A program made the position numbers and the translations under genes. Positions 1-13,500 of a stretch of DNA of 64,000 nt are shown here, piece after piece (the stretch's first letter is position 1; each line of letters begins with the position of its first letter). The stretch lies in the NCBI RefSeq assembly GCF_009914755.1, contig NC_060947.1; one strand, written 5' to 3'. The stretch comes from the human T2T-CHM13v2.0 reference genome, Homo sapiens. Below the pieces are notes generated by a model that had not been told where the DNA came from, did no database searches, and was given only the letters and a program-made list of their open reading frames with translations.

Positions 1-1171
1 TTTTTCATGAAATAGGCATTTGGGGAAAGGGAGTTTTTTACACAAGGGATTAGGGAAGAAGTAAAAGGGGGTTAAGAAGCTTAGTTCTCCTGTTAGAGAC
101 AGACTCAAGTTCCAATTCCTGTTACACATCATCTTTCAGCCTTCCAGAACATAAAAGGTTGGGTACATTTGTGTAGGCCAGATACATTGGTGCAGGAGAG
201 AGTATGTGGATTGTTGGTCTCTAAAATAGCCTATGAAGGAGAAAATATACGAAGACAAAGCACCTGGATGTCAATGGAAGGCAAACCAGAAACTCAGGTT
301 TTGCCAGGGCCAAAGGAAGCTGGGCCTATATTTGGACAAATGTGTATTTGAAGTGTTGGAAGGACAAAATGGTTCCTGAGAAGGGAAACAACTTCCACAA
401 AGTATCCCGTGCCCTAGGGCAACAGGGAGATAAAGCTGAGTATCTCATATTTGAAAATCTGTTCTGCCCAAGTAATGTTGAAACCACACTGCCAGTGGAT
501 AATATGCTTTGAGGTAGTTCCATTACAAACATGTTAAGATTTTTAAAAATTCAGTCAGGTTGGTGAGGACCACACAAAGCCATCATCAGGACATACAAGT
601 ACACACAGGTTCTGTCATGCACAGCCATTCACATTGAGGAGACAGCTGCACTATGATGTGTCACTTTCTCCTATAATTAGCTTAGAAGCCATGACTGTGT
701 GCCCAGTCCTGGCCAGTAACATGAAGAAAACAGGTCCTCAGGTGGGGAGGCATGCAGTTCTGACTTCCACTGTTTCTTGGTTTCTCTGGTTTAAGAACTC
801 CCACTGTGGTCTATTATTTTTAGCCACCAAGATGATGTCACTGAACACCAAGTTGACAAGTGATGCAGAGAATCAGTTCTCATGCACTGGTCTGAACCAG
901 CTCCAGAACACCACTGGACCTGTGAACTAGAGCAAAACAAAGTCATCCCACTCTGTATGGACGCTGCAAGAAAAAGGCCGTGTTGGATTAGATATATACC
1001 TGTGTGCAAACTACATGAAAGGAATGATTCCACAGGTTCTTAGCGCAGAGGAAATGGAGGTAGATATCAACACGCACAATCTAACCTATCTAATTTCTCA
1101 GGAAAAGCAAATAGTGGGGTGTTTTTATGGTCAATCCTTTTAATTCAAAGACACTTTGAGGAAGACAGATG

Positions 1172-1280
1172 GGGGTTTGAGTTTTAGTTGTGCCACTCAC
1201 CAGCTGTGCGACTTTCAACATGCTGCTAAACCTCTCTGTCCTATAGTCTGCATTTAGGTCGAGGAAAATGGTAATATCAC
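1172..1280. mobile_element. MIR SINE fragment (degenerate)
   Basis: GGGTTTGAGT..TGCCACTCACCAGCTGTGCGACTTT..AAACCTCTCTG resembles the MIR core; boundaries approximate. Confidence 0.5.
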
Positions 1281-4200
1281 AAAAGAAAATAGAATATTTT
1301 GTTTTGGAAAATATAGTTATTCTTCATAAAGCAAGTATTTTTAAATTTAAGTATGAAATAGGCTTAACATTGTTATTTTAATGAATAAATATAGTTAAAA
1401 TGGCCTAGCATTACTTTCTAATTTTCAAATATTAGCAGAAATAAGCCACATAAACAAAAGCTTTTGATGGTCTTCTCAACAAAACGTTTGAGAACAACTA
1501 TTCTTGTAGAATTCAGGAAGGTGGCCTTAAGTCGGCCTCATACAGTCTCATGAGCTGACTTTCAAATCTTCAACTCTCTCCTGCACCATTTCTGTCCAAA
1601 AAGCATAATCCAGTAATGAGTCAGAATGAAAAGTGCAGTCTGCATTGTCAGGTGACAAAAAAATCAGAAGGTGGACCTGTGGTCCGCTGTGTCCCTCACT
1701 TTTCCTAGACATTATATCCTTCAATGCATATCATTCTTGAATGTACTTTTCTCATGCAACTTAACGTCATTCCGTATCATTACATAGCATTCTACCTCAT
1801 TATCATCCCATTGCATAGATGGAACTATGTACGTCTGTAGTGTGTCTGTGCTCTATCACAAACATCTTTTTCAAAACGTTCCTTCTGAGGAATCACAGGA
1901 GTATAGAAAAGTGCCACCTGCTGAGCAGAGCTTGTGTTCTGCACAATGACAGTGAAAGGAAAGCACACCAAGGACACTTAGGGCACCAGGAACAAAGTTC
2001 ACATGCAAGAATCTCCAGCCCACAGAGAGTCTATCATCACCTAATGACAAGGCTAGCCTGTATGTCTGCATGTGTTCACCTCAAAAGAATGTGCTGTGTT
2101 ACACAAGGGCAATACTGTTTTCATCTCTTCTTGTCTCCATAAGAATCCTCCTTGAAAATTCTGACAATTGGTTTAAAGGTTCAGTGTGACTATGTGCATC
2201 TAGTTTTCTAGTTTTTTATTCTGCCCATACATATACTTTATGAATCATATGAATAACCTTTTAAAACAAGTTCATAGCACAGTTTTCCCAGCCCTCAGAA
2301 TTCTCACTGTCCACATCTGAGTGTGAATCACATTGATAGGGCATGCTCCAACAACCCCCCAAATATAATTTGAGTTGTTGTTCTCAAGAAAGGAATATAT
2401 TCTTAAGATAAATAATAAGAAAATACCTTCAACAAAAAACATTAAGCTGCCCTGTCACTTCATTCCTTGGCTCCTTCTCAATATATCCTCTATTGCTAAA
2501 TTCATGTTTACCTTTAGAACAATCTGATGATTTTTGGATACCGGACATCACCCAACTAGTTTTGATCAATACTGATTTCTCAGATAACCTTCGGTTTACA
2601 CAAGTATCCAATACTTCAATTTATCCTTGAAAAATAAATCTAAGCCTGCAAGTTTAGAAATCACAATCCAGTTAACAAAGGGTAACTATTACTACTGGGA
2701 ATTATCCATATTCTAAATTCAGTCAATTGAGGATGATCAAGCAGTGACCTTCCCAAATAAATACTTTATATTTTCTAAGATATTTTTATGACATTGAATT
2801 GTGCCACATTGTTCTTTGGATGAAAAATGAAATGCCTATAAAATAAATTAGGCTTACAGTCATGTGAATTCCATGTTTTATCAATAATTAATTTGGAAGT
2901 TAGAGATGAATAACCCCTTTCCTAAGTAGTGGCTTTGAACAATTCTATAGGGAGAAAAAATCCTATAGGTCAGGAATTTCCTTAGATAATGGCAAGTGTT
3001 AAAATGAGCATGTCTACAAAACATGTCAAAGACTTGGCAATGGGAACAAGGGAGAAGCTGGGGTGCTTTCAGTGGAATGCTGATCATTGGCTAGTGGGAC
3101 CTCCGGAGATGACCTTTAGCTATATAGGTAAACCTCTTTCATTGTCTTTGATTGATTAGTCTACTTTACCAGTAGATAGGGACAGAGAAGTTCGCTTGAA
3201 GAAAACTGACACCACCACCAGAGTTTCCTGTCCATTCCAACTTAAACCATTTTTATTCTATGCGATGCACACATATTTTGTCCTATAGAGACTAACATCA
3301 GTAATTCAAATTATTATTTGAAATGGTTAAAATAGTTTTTCTACTATCAACTACTGACTTTAAAGTGTTGAGTCCACACCCTTGTCTTGTTCTTAATGTT
3401 AGAAAAAAAAATATTCAGTCTGCCTTCACTAAGTCTAATGCTAACTGCAGGTTTTCCTTAGATGCCTCTTGTCAGGTTAAGAAAAATTGCATATTATTTC
3501 TAGTTTAGTTGGGTGTCATTATGGAATAACAAGATAGACTGAAAAGCATTAACATAGAAAATATTGGGGAACAATATCAGGTTTCAGACAAATATACTCA
3601 ATAAAGTATTACCTAACTTATGTGAAACTCCAATCAATTTGGAACACTATTTTATGTCGTTTTTACTTGGAACAGAAAGATGTGTGTGAATGCTTAGGGG
3701 GAAAAAAACTGTTGCAAGTGCCATTTCCAAAGCCAATGAAGTAGAATTCATGTGAAAACAGAAAACAAACAAAAAAACGAAAAAACACCACTACAACAGG
3801 ATCATAGCCAGTTATGAGTGAGGACTTTCAACTTTACTGTTAAAATACACTGTAATGTTTCAAAAGATGTGTGGGCAGTTATTTTACAAATGCACCTAAA
3901 CAAAGTATCCTAAAAACACAAGGAGACATAAAAAGATATATTGGTCCTAAATGAAGGCAAAAAATACAAGTGGAGCTGCAATAATAGTAGACAAATTAAA
4001 ATTTGAGGGTAAGCTTTGGAAACAACTTGCAGAGATATTTCATATGGATCCAAATTTGTATTCACTGAGAAAACTTTTCTGAAAGAACAGCAAAGAAATT
4101 TTATCATATCAAAGGGGCAACTCCCACCCCAATTGCTAAAATCAAGAATCTATTGACATTAGAGACAAGTGAAAGAAGAAATAATAAAATGTCTGTGTAG

Positions 4201-4380
4201 ATGCAATAACAGAGAAAATGCAGAAAAGAGAGGATACAATGTAATTTCAAAGAGATCTGTAACTGTTAGATTTCTAGAAGGCTAAGGAGACAAATTGAGG
4301 AAGAAGCAACATTGGAAGAGAAAATGTGGGAGACATCAACGGCAGATACAAGAAGTAGTCGCTAAAAGCGAAGGCAGGAT

Positions 4381-5087
4381 TGATATGGTTTGGCTCTGTG
4401 TCTCCACCCAAAGCTAATCTTGTAGCTCCCATAATTCCCACGTGTTGTGGGAGGGACCCGGTGGGAAATGACTGAATCATGGGGACTGGCCTTTCTCATG
4501 CTGTTCTCCTGATAGTGAATGGATCTCACAAGAACTGATGGCTTAAAAACGGGAGTTTAGGCCAGGCGCGGTGGCTCACGTCTGTAATCCCAGCACTTTG
4601 GGAGGCGAGGTGGGTGGATCACGAGGTCAGGAGATCCAGACCATCCTGGCTAACACGGTGAAACCCCGTCTCTACTAAAATCACAGAAAATTAGACGGGC
4701 ATGGTAGCGGGCGCCTGTAATCCCAGCTACTCGGGAGGCTGAGGCAGGAGAATGGCGTGAACCCAGGAGGCGGGGCTTGCAGTGAGCCTAGATAGTGCCA
4801 CTACACTCCAGCCTCAGTGACAGAGCGAGACTCCATCTCAAAAAACAAACAAACAAAAACAAACAAACAAAAACCCACAAAAAAACAAAAACGGGAGTTT
4901 CTCTGCACAAGCTCTATCTTTGCCTGCTGCCATCCACGTAAAATATGACTTGCTCCTCATTGCCTTCCACCAGGATTGTGAGGCCTCCCTAGCCATGTGG
5001 AACTGTAAGCCCAATAAACTTCTTTCTTTTGTAAATTATCCAGTATCAGGTATGTCTTTATCAGCAGCTTGAAAATGGACTAATACA
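4381..5087 (+). mobile_element. THE1 (THE1A-like) MaLR solo LTR interrupted by an Alu
   Basis: Starts TGATATGGTTTGGCTCTGTGTC, ends GGACTAATACA; 5-bp TSD AGGAT at 4376-4380 and 5088-5092. Confidence 0.9.
4560..4886 (+). mobile_element. AluY inserted in THE1 LTR
   Basis: Full dimer with AluY-type GACCATCCTGGCTAACACGG and AATGGCGTGAACC; (AAAC)n tail; TSD AAAAACGGGAGTTT at 4545-4558 and 4887-4900. Confidence 0.95.
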
Positions 5088-6257
5088 AGGATCCAGCCAG
5101 AAACACATGGACACCAGGCAGGTTGAAGCCTGGTTTCTGTCTAGAAAAAAAACCCCAGATATTCCAGAGTGTGGATTGCATGGAGGGAATTGGTTACATA
5201 GGCTTGGGGTGTGTACACAGGCCTAAGGTGAAGCATGGCACAGAGATTGGGAGTGCTGGAAGGAATTCCCATCCCCAGAGTAGGGCAAAAGAAAGGAAGA
5301 TCTGAGGGTTGTGAGAACTCATAATGAGGTAGGACGGAACCAAATTGCTGGGAACCAGACGCTGAGCAAAGAGGGCAGCCCAGATAAGAGTGCATTTTAA
5401 AGGGGCAAAGAGGAATGACCCCAGGAACCTGGGTACTTACATCTGAGAAAGGGTAGCTGCCCGATAAGTGCTGAGCATTAGGACCTTAGAGGAGGCTTCC
5501 TCAGGGCTGGGACTCAGACTTTGAACAGAGAGAGGCCACCAGCAGGCTACTCTGTTGAATGACCTGAGTGGGTTTGATGCATAGTGTCCCTAAAGTTAGA
5601 AGAAAATGGCATCTGTTCCTTCATACCCTGAAAGGAAACTGCATGGCACTGCTGGATGAAGAGCATTTGTTGGGGTAGCAATGCTAGAAAGAGGAGGCAG
5701 AAAGGGAGTTACAATATGCTTCCTTCTCTCCCAGGTCTCCTGTTTCCAAGTGGCCTTATCAAAGCCGATAATGCCCGCAAGTCCAAGGGACCAGACCCAA
5801 TAGGGAGCTGGGTGGTCAAGGACAAAGGGTATTGCCAGAGATGGGGCAATGGCATTGATGCACACTCTAAGAAATGTTGAACTGAGAGATTCAGATATCC
5901 CTGACCTACCATTTGCCGCTTCTTAAGGCATATTTCATACAAGGAAGTCAGCAATAAGTTCCCAAGAAACTGTGCATCTGTTTCAAACCATTATTGATAG
6001 ATAGAATGAGTTACCAGCCCCATCATCAACAATATCTACTAGCAGGCACCCAAAAAGACATAAAACAGCCTTTACTAAGGAGCCTGTGCTTTCTGTCACA
6101 AGTACAGAAAAGCCATAGAGAGACACAACTTTTCTTTTATGGAGCCAGTTTGCAAAGGAATGCTCAGCTACACCAGCCATCAACAAATGATGATGTATTG
6201 GGACCCAGAAAGATAACATGAGATTTTTCCACACATTTAAATCTTCAATCTTTTATA

Positions 6258-6491
6258 TCACGGGTCAGCACACTACAGCCTGAGGGCTGCATCTGGCCTG
6301 ATACATGCTTTTTTTCCCCCCCCAGACATATCTTGTTGGAACATAGCTACCCTCATTTTTTAATCTTGGTATTTGCAGCTGCTTTCGTGATATAATGGCA
6401 GAGTTGAGTAATTGCGACAGACATTGTATGGCTCTGAAAGTCCAAAATTTCTAATATCTGCCGCTTCACTGAAAAAAGTTGCCAACTCCTA
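6258..6491 (+). mobile_element. MER58A-like hAT-Charlie DNA transposon (MITE)
   Basis: GGGTCAGCACACTACAGCC..TTGGAACATAGC..GGCAGAGTTGAGTAATTGCGACAGA..AAAAAGTTGCCAACTCCT follows the MER58A layout. Confidence 0.75.
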
Positions 6492-6506
6492 GTTTATGAT
6501 TTCAAA

Positions 6507-6535
6507 TGTGTGTGTGTGTGTGTGTGTGTGTGTGT
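6507..6535. repeat. (TG)n microsatellite
   Basis: ~14 TG units seen directly. Confidence 0.95.
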
Positions 6536-9500
6536 TGCCTAAAGTAAAATAATGATGATTATTCCATGGAGATATTTAATGATTTATGATACATCTTTAA
6601 AGTACTAGAAAACAATCTTTCTTAAACAAGGATGCTTGCGTAGAAAAGTTCAGAGACCTCTGTTTTATGAAAATAGATATTATGAAGCCCATCTACCACA
6701 GGGGTCCTATCATCTTAGCTCACAGAACCTAAAAAGGAAAAACACTGACTGGTGAGTCATCCTCAGCAGATTCCACTCAGCAAGAGCTGCCGGCATCTCC
6801 CACACAGAAGGAAAGATCAAACATCCTCTTTCTCCAATAAATACCTCAGCCCCCAAACACAGACGCACACGAAAACACCGTCATGATGGGCTTTGCATAA
6901 GAATACAGTTGATTCAGAACCTAACTTTTCCTGCTTGTAATAACATCTGATCTACATCCTGGGACACAATAAGATAGACAGTTTTCATAAAAAACAAAAT
7001 GTTATGTTTCCTGCATGAGAGTAGCATTGTAGGGAGTAAAATATATACATTTACTCTCAGAGTTGGATTGATACTTGAGCTGTCAGCCACTCAAAACTAT
7101 ACCAGTCGGAGCAATAGGTGAACAAACAACATAAAGAACATGCTAACTACATTTAAGTACTAGATATTTCCTGGCACAAGCTTTTCAAGCCATAGATAAC
7201 GGAGGAAGCTTTGGATTGTTAATAGGGTCAGATTCCTCATCAGATTCACTGTGGGGATTTGTTTGGAACCGACCTACTGCATGCTTGGTCGTGAAGGGAT
7301 GCCAAATTCCACGAGGCCCCCCACCAAACCACCTCTAACACTCAGTGCTCACAGCTGATCCCCAAACTCAAGGATGGGGCGGAGGCATCGGAAATATGTG
7401 TCAGAAGCCCTTTGCTAAGTGTCTCAGGACACTTTCTGTGTGAAGAAGGCTCTGATGTGTGCCTCCGTTGGCCAGCAATGACCCATACCCAATTCCACTA
7501 ACATTGTGTCAAGACAGCTCCTCATAGCTGATGCACAGAAGGTGCAGTCAATTGCCCAAACTGATTAATTAATCATCCCTACTTTCAGCCATAAGTCATT
7601 GTAGCACCAGTCAACAGAGAAACTGCATGGCATTTTTGAGTCGAAGATGAATAAATATTTTCCATGACACATTAAATTTATCATCAGAACATCTGCATCG
7701 AACAGGATTGAGAAGGCTCACTTGAGACTCACATTGTTATTACCAAACAAATGAAGTGGATGACAACATGTTAGAACCTGAAATTGTGATGACTTATTCA
7801 GAACACAGAGTCAAGGCAACACATGGGAAAAGATTTTTTCCTCTGGACAATACCTAAGTTGCAATCACAGATACCGTTTTTTATAACACTCTCCAGGGCT
7901 GTCATAAGTTGGTTGGTGTGGCGGAAATGCCTGCAAACTCTCAGGGCCCTTTGGTGAAACGTCATGGCAGGAGGAAGTAGAGATGTCAAACTCTCCACGC
8001 ACAGAGGAAGGCAAGCCCCACATTGAGTTGCTGCCTGGGCCAAAACACACTGGTCAATATTTGTAAAACTATGTATGAAGATAATAGGAGAGGAGAAAGA
8101 GTCCTGGCAAGAGATTGAACTCCCACAGAGAGCCCCGTGTTTGGCAGTCACGGACAAATTAAGGTGGACCTGTGACATTTTGGAATTTGCTTCCCTCAGG
8201 CAATGCTGCAATCTACATACTGCCAATGAATAAAGATGTTCAGTTGCATGGCTCTTACAGATATGATATCTTAAGATGCTTAGAAAGAAATTTAACGAGG
8301 GTTTCCAGGAGCATACACGTTTATCAGTGGACAGAAATATACACAGTTTCTGTCACACATAGGCATTGAGCTTAGAGTGGCACAACTGCTCTATGGTGCA
8401 GTTCTTCTCAGATTTCAAAAGTGAAGAGAAAGAAATCCTTTGTTGTTCATCCTGTGGACTCTCATTTCAGAAGCAACCCTGTTCTTCCTGGGATACACAG
8501 AAGTAAGGTCAGGCTGGGACAAGAGTCATGCCTGTATACAAGGTAAGGGATAGTTTTCAGCAGTTTCTCTGCGAGGAGAAAAGCAGGACAGATATCTTGA
8601 CGCACATTCGGGCTGTCATAGTTTCGCACAGATGTAAAATACTGTGGTCATTTTGTGGGTTAGTTTTCCAGTGAGAGCATCATTCAGCAAGGTAGATGAG
8701 GTTTCAGTGTAGCTCTGCTACGGAAAGTGGTGTGTGACATTAAAATTATCCTTAGCTGCTCTGTTTTCTGGTCTCTCTTTCTGAAGAAATAGGCAAAATA
8801 TCCACATCTCTTCAATAAGAGGGTTGATAGAAGGACACCAAAGTGCACATTGTTTCATCTGGAATACAAAGGATAAATACGGGTGACAAAGGTAGGTCCT
8901 GGTCATCTGAGGTAATTTCTGGTAATATGGAGCCACACAAGGTCCATGGGACCATTGGATTTCAGTCTAGAAATGCTGGGTTCCAATGCTCAGAATTTAA
9001 ATTCCCAGGAAATAAATATTTAGATACTTATCTTCACTTTTTCACACACCGCATGGTGAAGAGAAATGAGATTTATCGTGCACCCTCAATTCTACAATAA
9101 GAAAGCAAAAAAAGAAAGAATGGCCTGTGAGGATTTGAAGAGATACCTTCATCAGTAATAAAGAACATGAACGTGGAAGGCCTTCTATATTTTAATGTAT
9201 TCCAAACGCCAAAACAAAAGAATGCAAACACAGGATTGGCCTGTGTGTGAGGACAGCATCACTGGGAGGGAACTTGTTGGTGTCCAAGGAAATATAAGGG
9301 GGAAGTGGAAAAGTCAGATCGCCACTGGGGTTTGTCAGCTATCAAAGCAGGCTATGTCTCTTCCCTGCATTCATCAGCCTAGCAATACTCGCTAAAATTG
9401 TTTTAAAAACTAACTAAATAAAACTGGGCAATAATTTTTGTTGTCAGAGTTTGGATCTATAGTTCCAGAATTTATTCTGGTTTTCTCTCCTCATTTCTAC

Positions 9501-10045
9501 AACTAACAGAAAAGCTTTTATTTAAAAAAAATCACACCAGATTTCAACATAATTTATTGTTTGTATTTGTATATGTCATAGATCATAAGATCATGCTGAA
9601 GGCATATATTTTTAGATTCCCTCAAAATATCGATTTCGGTTCTTTTTAAATAAAAATGCATGCTTATCTTAAACAAGTAATAGAAAAAATTCCTTACATA
9701 AAAATGTTGAAATGTCCTTTGACACCATTCAGTGGCTCCTTCTCAATATATCCTCGATTTCCCGGGTTGCATGTAAACTTTCAGAAATTTCATTTTCTGC
9801 ACCCACAGAAATCTCACTCTTTCTCTCTCTTTTCTTCCTGCCTTTTACCCTGTTCCCTTTTCCTGCTACCCTCTTTCTCCCACTCCCCCTCTCACAACAG
9901 TGTTCTCTTTGGCCATTAGTACACGGTACTGAACAACACCCATCTATGGTAAATTATCCCTTACTTCTCAGAGTTTTGGCACTTTCACAAATAACCAAAT
10001 ATATTGATCTTCTAACACGTGGTGTATGTTTAAATGCGCAATGCA

Positions 10046-10513
10046 TGTCAGGGGTCCCTAAGACCACCCTCTGGCTCACCGATTTGTTCTAAGGACTCAT
10101 GGGACTTAAAAAGCTCTTATGATCACAGTTACAGTTTATTACAGTGAAATTTCAGTAAAATAGCTTTGAATATGCAATGGGAAAAGTTAAGTCAGGTGAA
10201 GTCTAGGAGGAACCAGGCTCTAGCTTCTAGGGGTCCCCGCCCAGTGAACTTTCCCAGGGACACACTTAAATCCCCAAGCAACAGTGTGTGGCAACACAGG
10301 TGATGTGTTACCAACTTAGGAAGCTCCTCTGAGAGTTGACATCCAGAGTTTTTGGGGTGATCTGTCACATAGAGATGCAAGGCTTGTATGACCTCACCAA
10401 TTTAGACCACAGCCCCCGGTCCACTCTTAGAACCAAAAACAGGCATTCACCATGCATGATAAAAAGTATCTTGTCTAACTGGTGCAGCAGGGCCCAAGGT
10501 TTCAGGAATACCG

Positions 10514-10548
<35 letters not shown>

Positions 10549-13500
10549 AAAAACCTAAACAAAACGAAACCTTTTTGAGGGAGAATATTCCAATGTACAG
10601 CGGTTATCTCCCAGGAGTGTGTTAAGGACTAGTTCTGAAAACAGTACTTTCTTTGGAATGTCTTGTGTTTGAGGAAACCAGGTAAGTGGACGTAACTCTT
10701 TCCTGCCCAGTTGGCTCCCCTGGCCTTTGGCCTAGGATATCTTACAGCAAAATTATCACATTGTCTCGTGCTTCTACCTTTAGCATATCATTTATATAAT
10801 AGACGTAGCGATAGCATTAGTATGAGTATACCTAACAGTTAGAAGAGCCAGTATAGGAAAGGGCTATAATCTAATGAAAAAAGCAATGTATCTTATAAAG
10901 AAAACATACACTTTTCTACATTTATCCTAATTCGATGACTTCTTTCTCCCCTCGATCTAATGTTATTTGTACTTTGTGAGGAATCTGTGCAGCACCATTT
11001 AACACAGAAGTTAGCTGATGGCTAACTAAATCTAGCTCTTCCTCAGGCTAGTCATTTTCATGTTAGTATTATATCCTAAGTAGACTTCAACTCAATCTCC
11101 CGATACTTTTGATAATCAGTGTCAGTATTTTTCATATCACTTGCCTACAGAAGACAGTTGGTCACCTTGGGGCCATTCCATAGAAGAACTCAAACTTACC
11201 ATGTGATGCCACTGCTTTATTCCCATCAGAAATCCATGCTCCTTTTTCTATTTTGTTCAAAAGCATTTCATCCGCTAAAACAAGAATAATAAGTATTTGT
11301 GCACAGCACACAATGGCATGTCGGACATGCTATCATTATTTTTTTCATTCATTATAATCAGGGACCTTTCCCATGATTTTATCATCAAGGTTTATGGTTA
11401 CACAGTAATTAGTCTGCCGGGAGCTGTAACACTGCACGGAGAAATGGCCTGATAGGGAGTTGTTCCTAGAAATTTCTTGCTAAGTGATATACTTTGCAGT
11501 AGACATAACCTGAAAAATGAGTCAAAATATACTGGCATATTTCTACAGTTGCACTTAGTCATTAGTCATAGAACCAGTTCATCACATTGTGTGACCAAAA
11601 TTTCCCCCAGAACAGTGCAACTCAGATTTGCAGGCTTCCCTTTGACCTTGTGCAGTTCAAAAAGCAGGTGTGGTATTGGCAAACATATGGCTTCACTCTT
11701 TTGAACATCAGGGTACAATTGCTAAAAGACAATAGCAATTTCTTACTCTGAGCTTCTTTAGGTCACCAACGTCATATTGATTTTTTTTTATTCCATAGAT
11801 CATTTATTCGTTCCTTTACCCTCAACTACTATTGCTCCTTCTTTCTATTTGCTGTTGAGATTTACCAAAACTTTTCTATCTTTGAAAGGGTGTTAGGTTT
11901 TACCATTTATTTGGTCAAAATCATTGGTACCAGTACCAGCCTGGTAAGTGCCTACCCTCAACAGTTTTCAAAAGTGGCTATGTGAGGAGAAACTCATCCA
12001 ATCCCATTCAAATAGGGAGGGGTTACATAAAGATACAACCAGTGGGCTTTCTGGACCATGTGGGAAATGCAGCTGCATTCACCGCCAACCTTAATTTTGC
12101 CAGATGCCATAAAGGCACAATTCATCCTTTCAGGCCCTTATAATCACTGGCATAAAGGTGTAAAGGTAAAGTTAAGGGTTTTGATTTAGGGATCATCTGT
12201 GCCTCTGACACCTACAGTTGCAGCCCTAATCCTGGGACCACGGAAGCAGCTAGGAACACAAAAGGTGGGTTTGTGTGGGGATGCATTATGTAATTACACC
12301 AGCATCCTCCCTTATTGCCTCTTCCCCAATCCCCCAGAAAAACAGAGAAATCTACCTAGTGGGGAGTATGCTTTGTCCCCCCTTCCCATGTTGAATGTGA
12401 GCACACACTCATGAAGGTTTGTAAGCTAGCCTTTCATACCGTTATCTCCACTCAATTTACTCAACAAATGTTTTGTCATTCCAATTCTCTATCAAGTCAC
12501 GACTCCGAAGATGATGTGCGATATGATGTGGCCACCTGATATTATCTCTTTGACTCTTGTTGAGCCCTATGGACTATACAATACGATCGTTGGTCTGAAA
12601 AATTGTAACGTGGCGTTCTAACTTGGTACAGTATCTTCTGTTCCAATCCTTTATAGTACGTTCAGAATTTGTATTTACCATCCAGTATACAAAGCATAGT
12701 CCAAAGTAAGTATCTCTTTCTATCAGGACCTATTTATAGCGCCCCCCTCCCCACAACCCCGCCAGGGCTACTGGTAGTAGTCTGATACAGTGAATGTGGT
12801 ATCTATGTGGGAACCTCCCCCTTAAGCCCCCCACCCAAGGGAATCTGCCTCATAATTATCTGCAGTCTTTGTCTTTCTGGCTGGCACACAGTTAGCGCTT
12901 GCTGGGATTTGGTGCCTCAGAAAGTGCAAGTGGAATACGCTGATGATAAGCCCACCTCTGCTTTGCTGCAGCTATTCCATGTCCACTCATTCCATGGACC
13001 AGGTCAACACCTCAACAAGCACAAAAGGATGTCCACTTGCTCATACCAATCACCTGATTGGGGAAAGGAATCATTTGAATGGGCATTAACTTGTCCTTCT
13101 TTAATCTGCCTCTTAAATTTCCATTGTGATTTCCACAGGGCTGTGACTCTTACAGTAGCCCTTTAATAGTTCGATTTTCCATTGCCCATCTGTCTGACCA
13201 CGTGGCCAGGCCATTGGCTCTCTCTTTATTCTACCTACGTCACCCTCTTATTCCACTTATGGGTCAAAATAAACCAACAAATTTTTTACTTTGTTTTTGT
13301 TCAATTCTTCCATCACTACAAGGAAAACAGCATACAATTCAGCCCAGCCCTTTAAGCTGATTTCTTCTTACATTCTTCAATCAGAGTTTTTATGTTCGTC
13401 AGTTTTTAGGTCGGTCAGTCTCCCAAACTGGATGCTGTCCATCCACCTTGGAATTGCCATCCATAAATTAAGGAGCTATTTTGTGGTCAGTTGAGAGCTG

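Noticed and set aside
7798-8226. 142-aa minus-strand ORF in unique sequence
   Set aside because: Non-ATG start, no recognisable homology or domain; length compatible with chance
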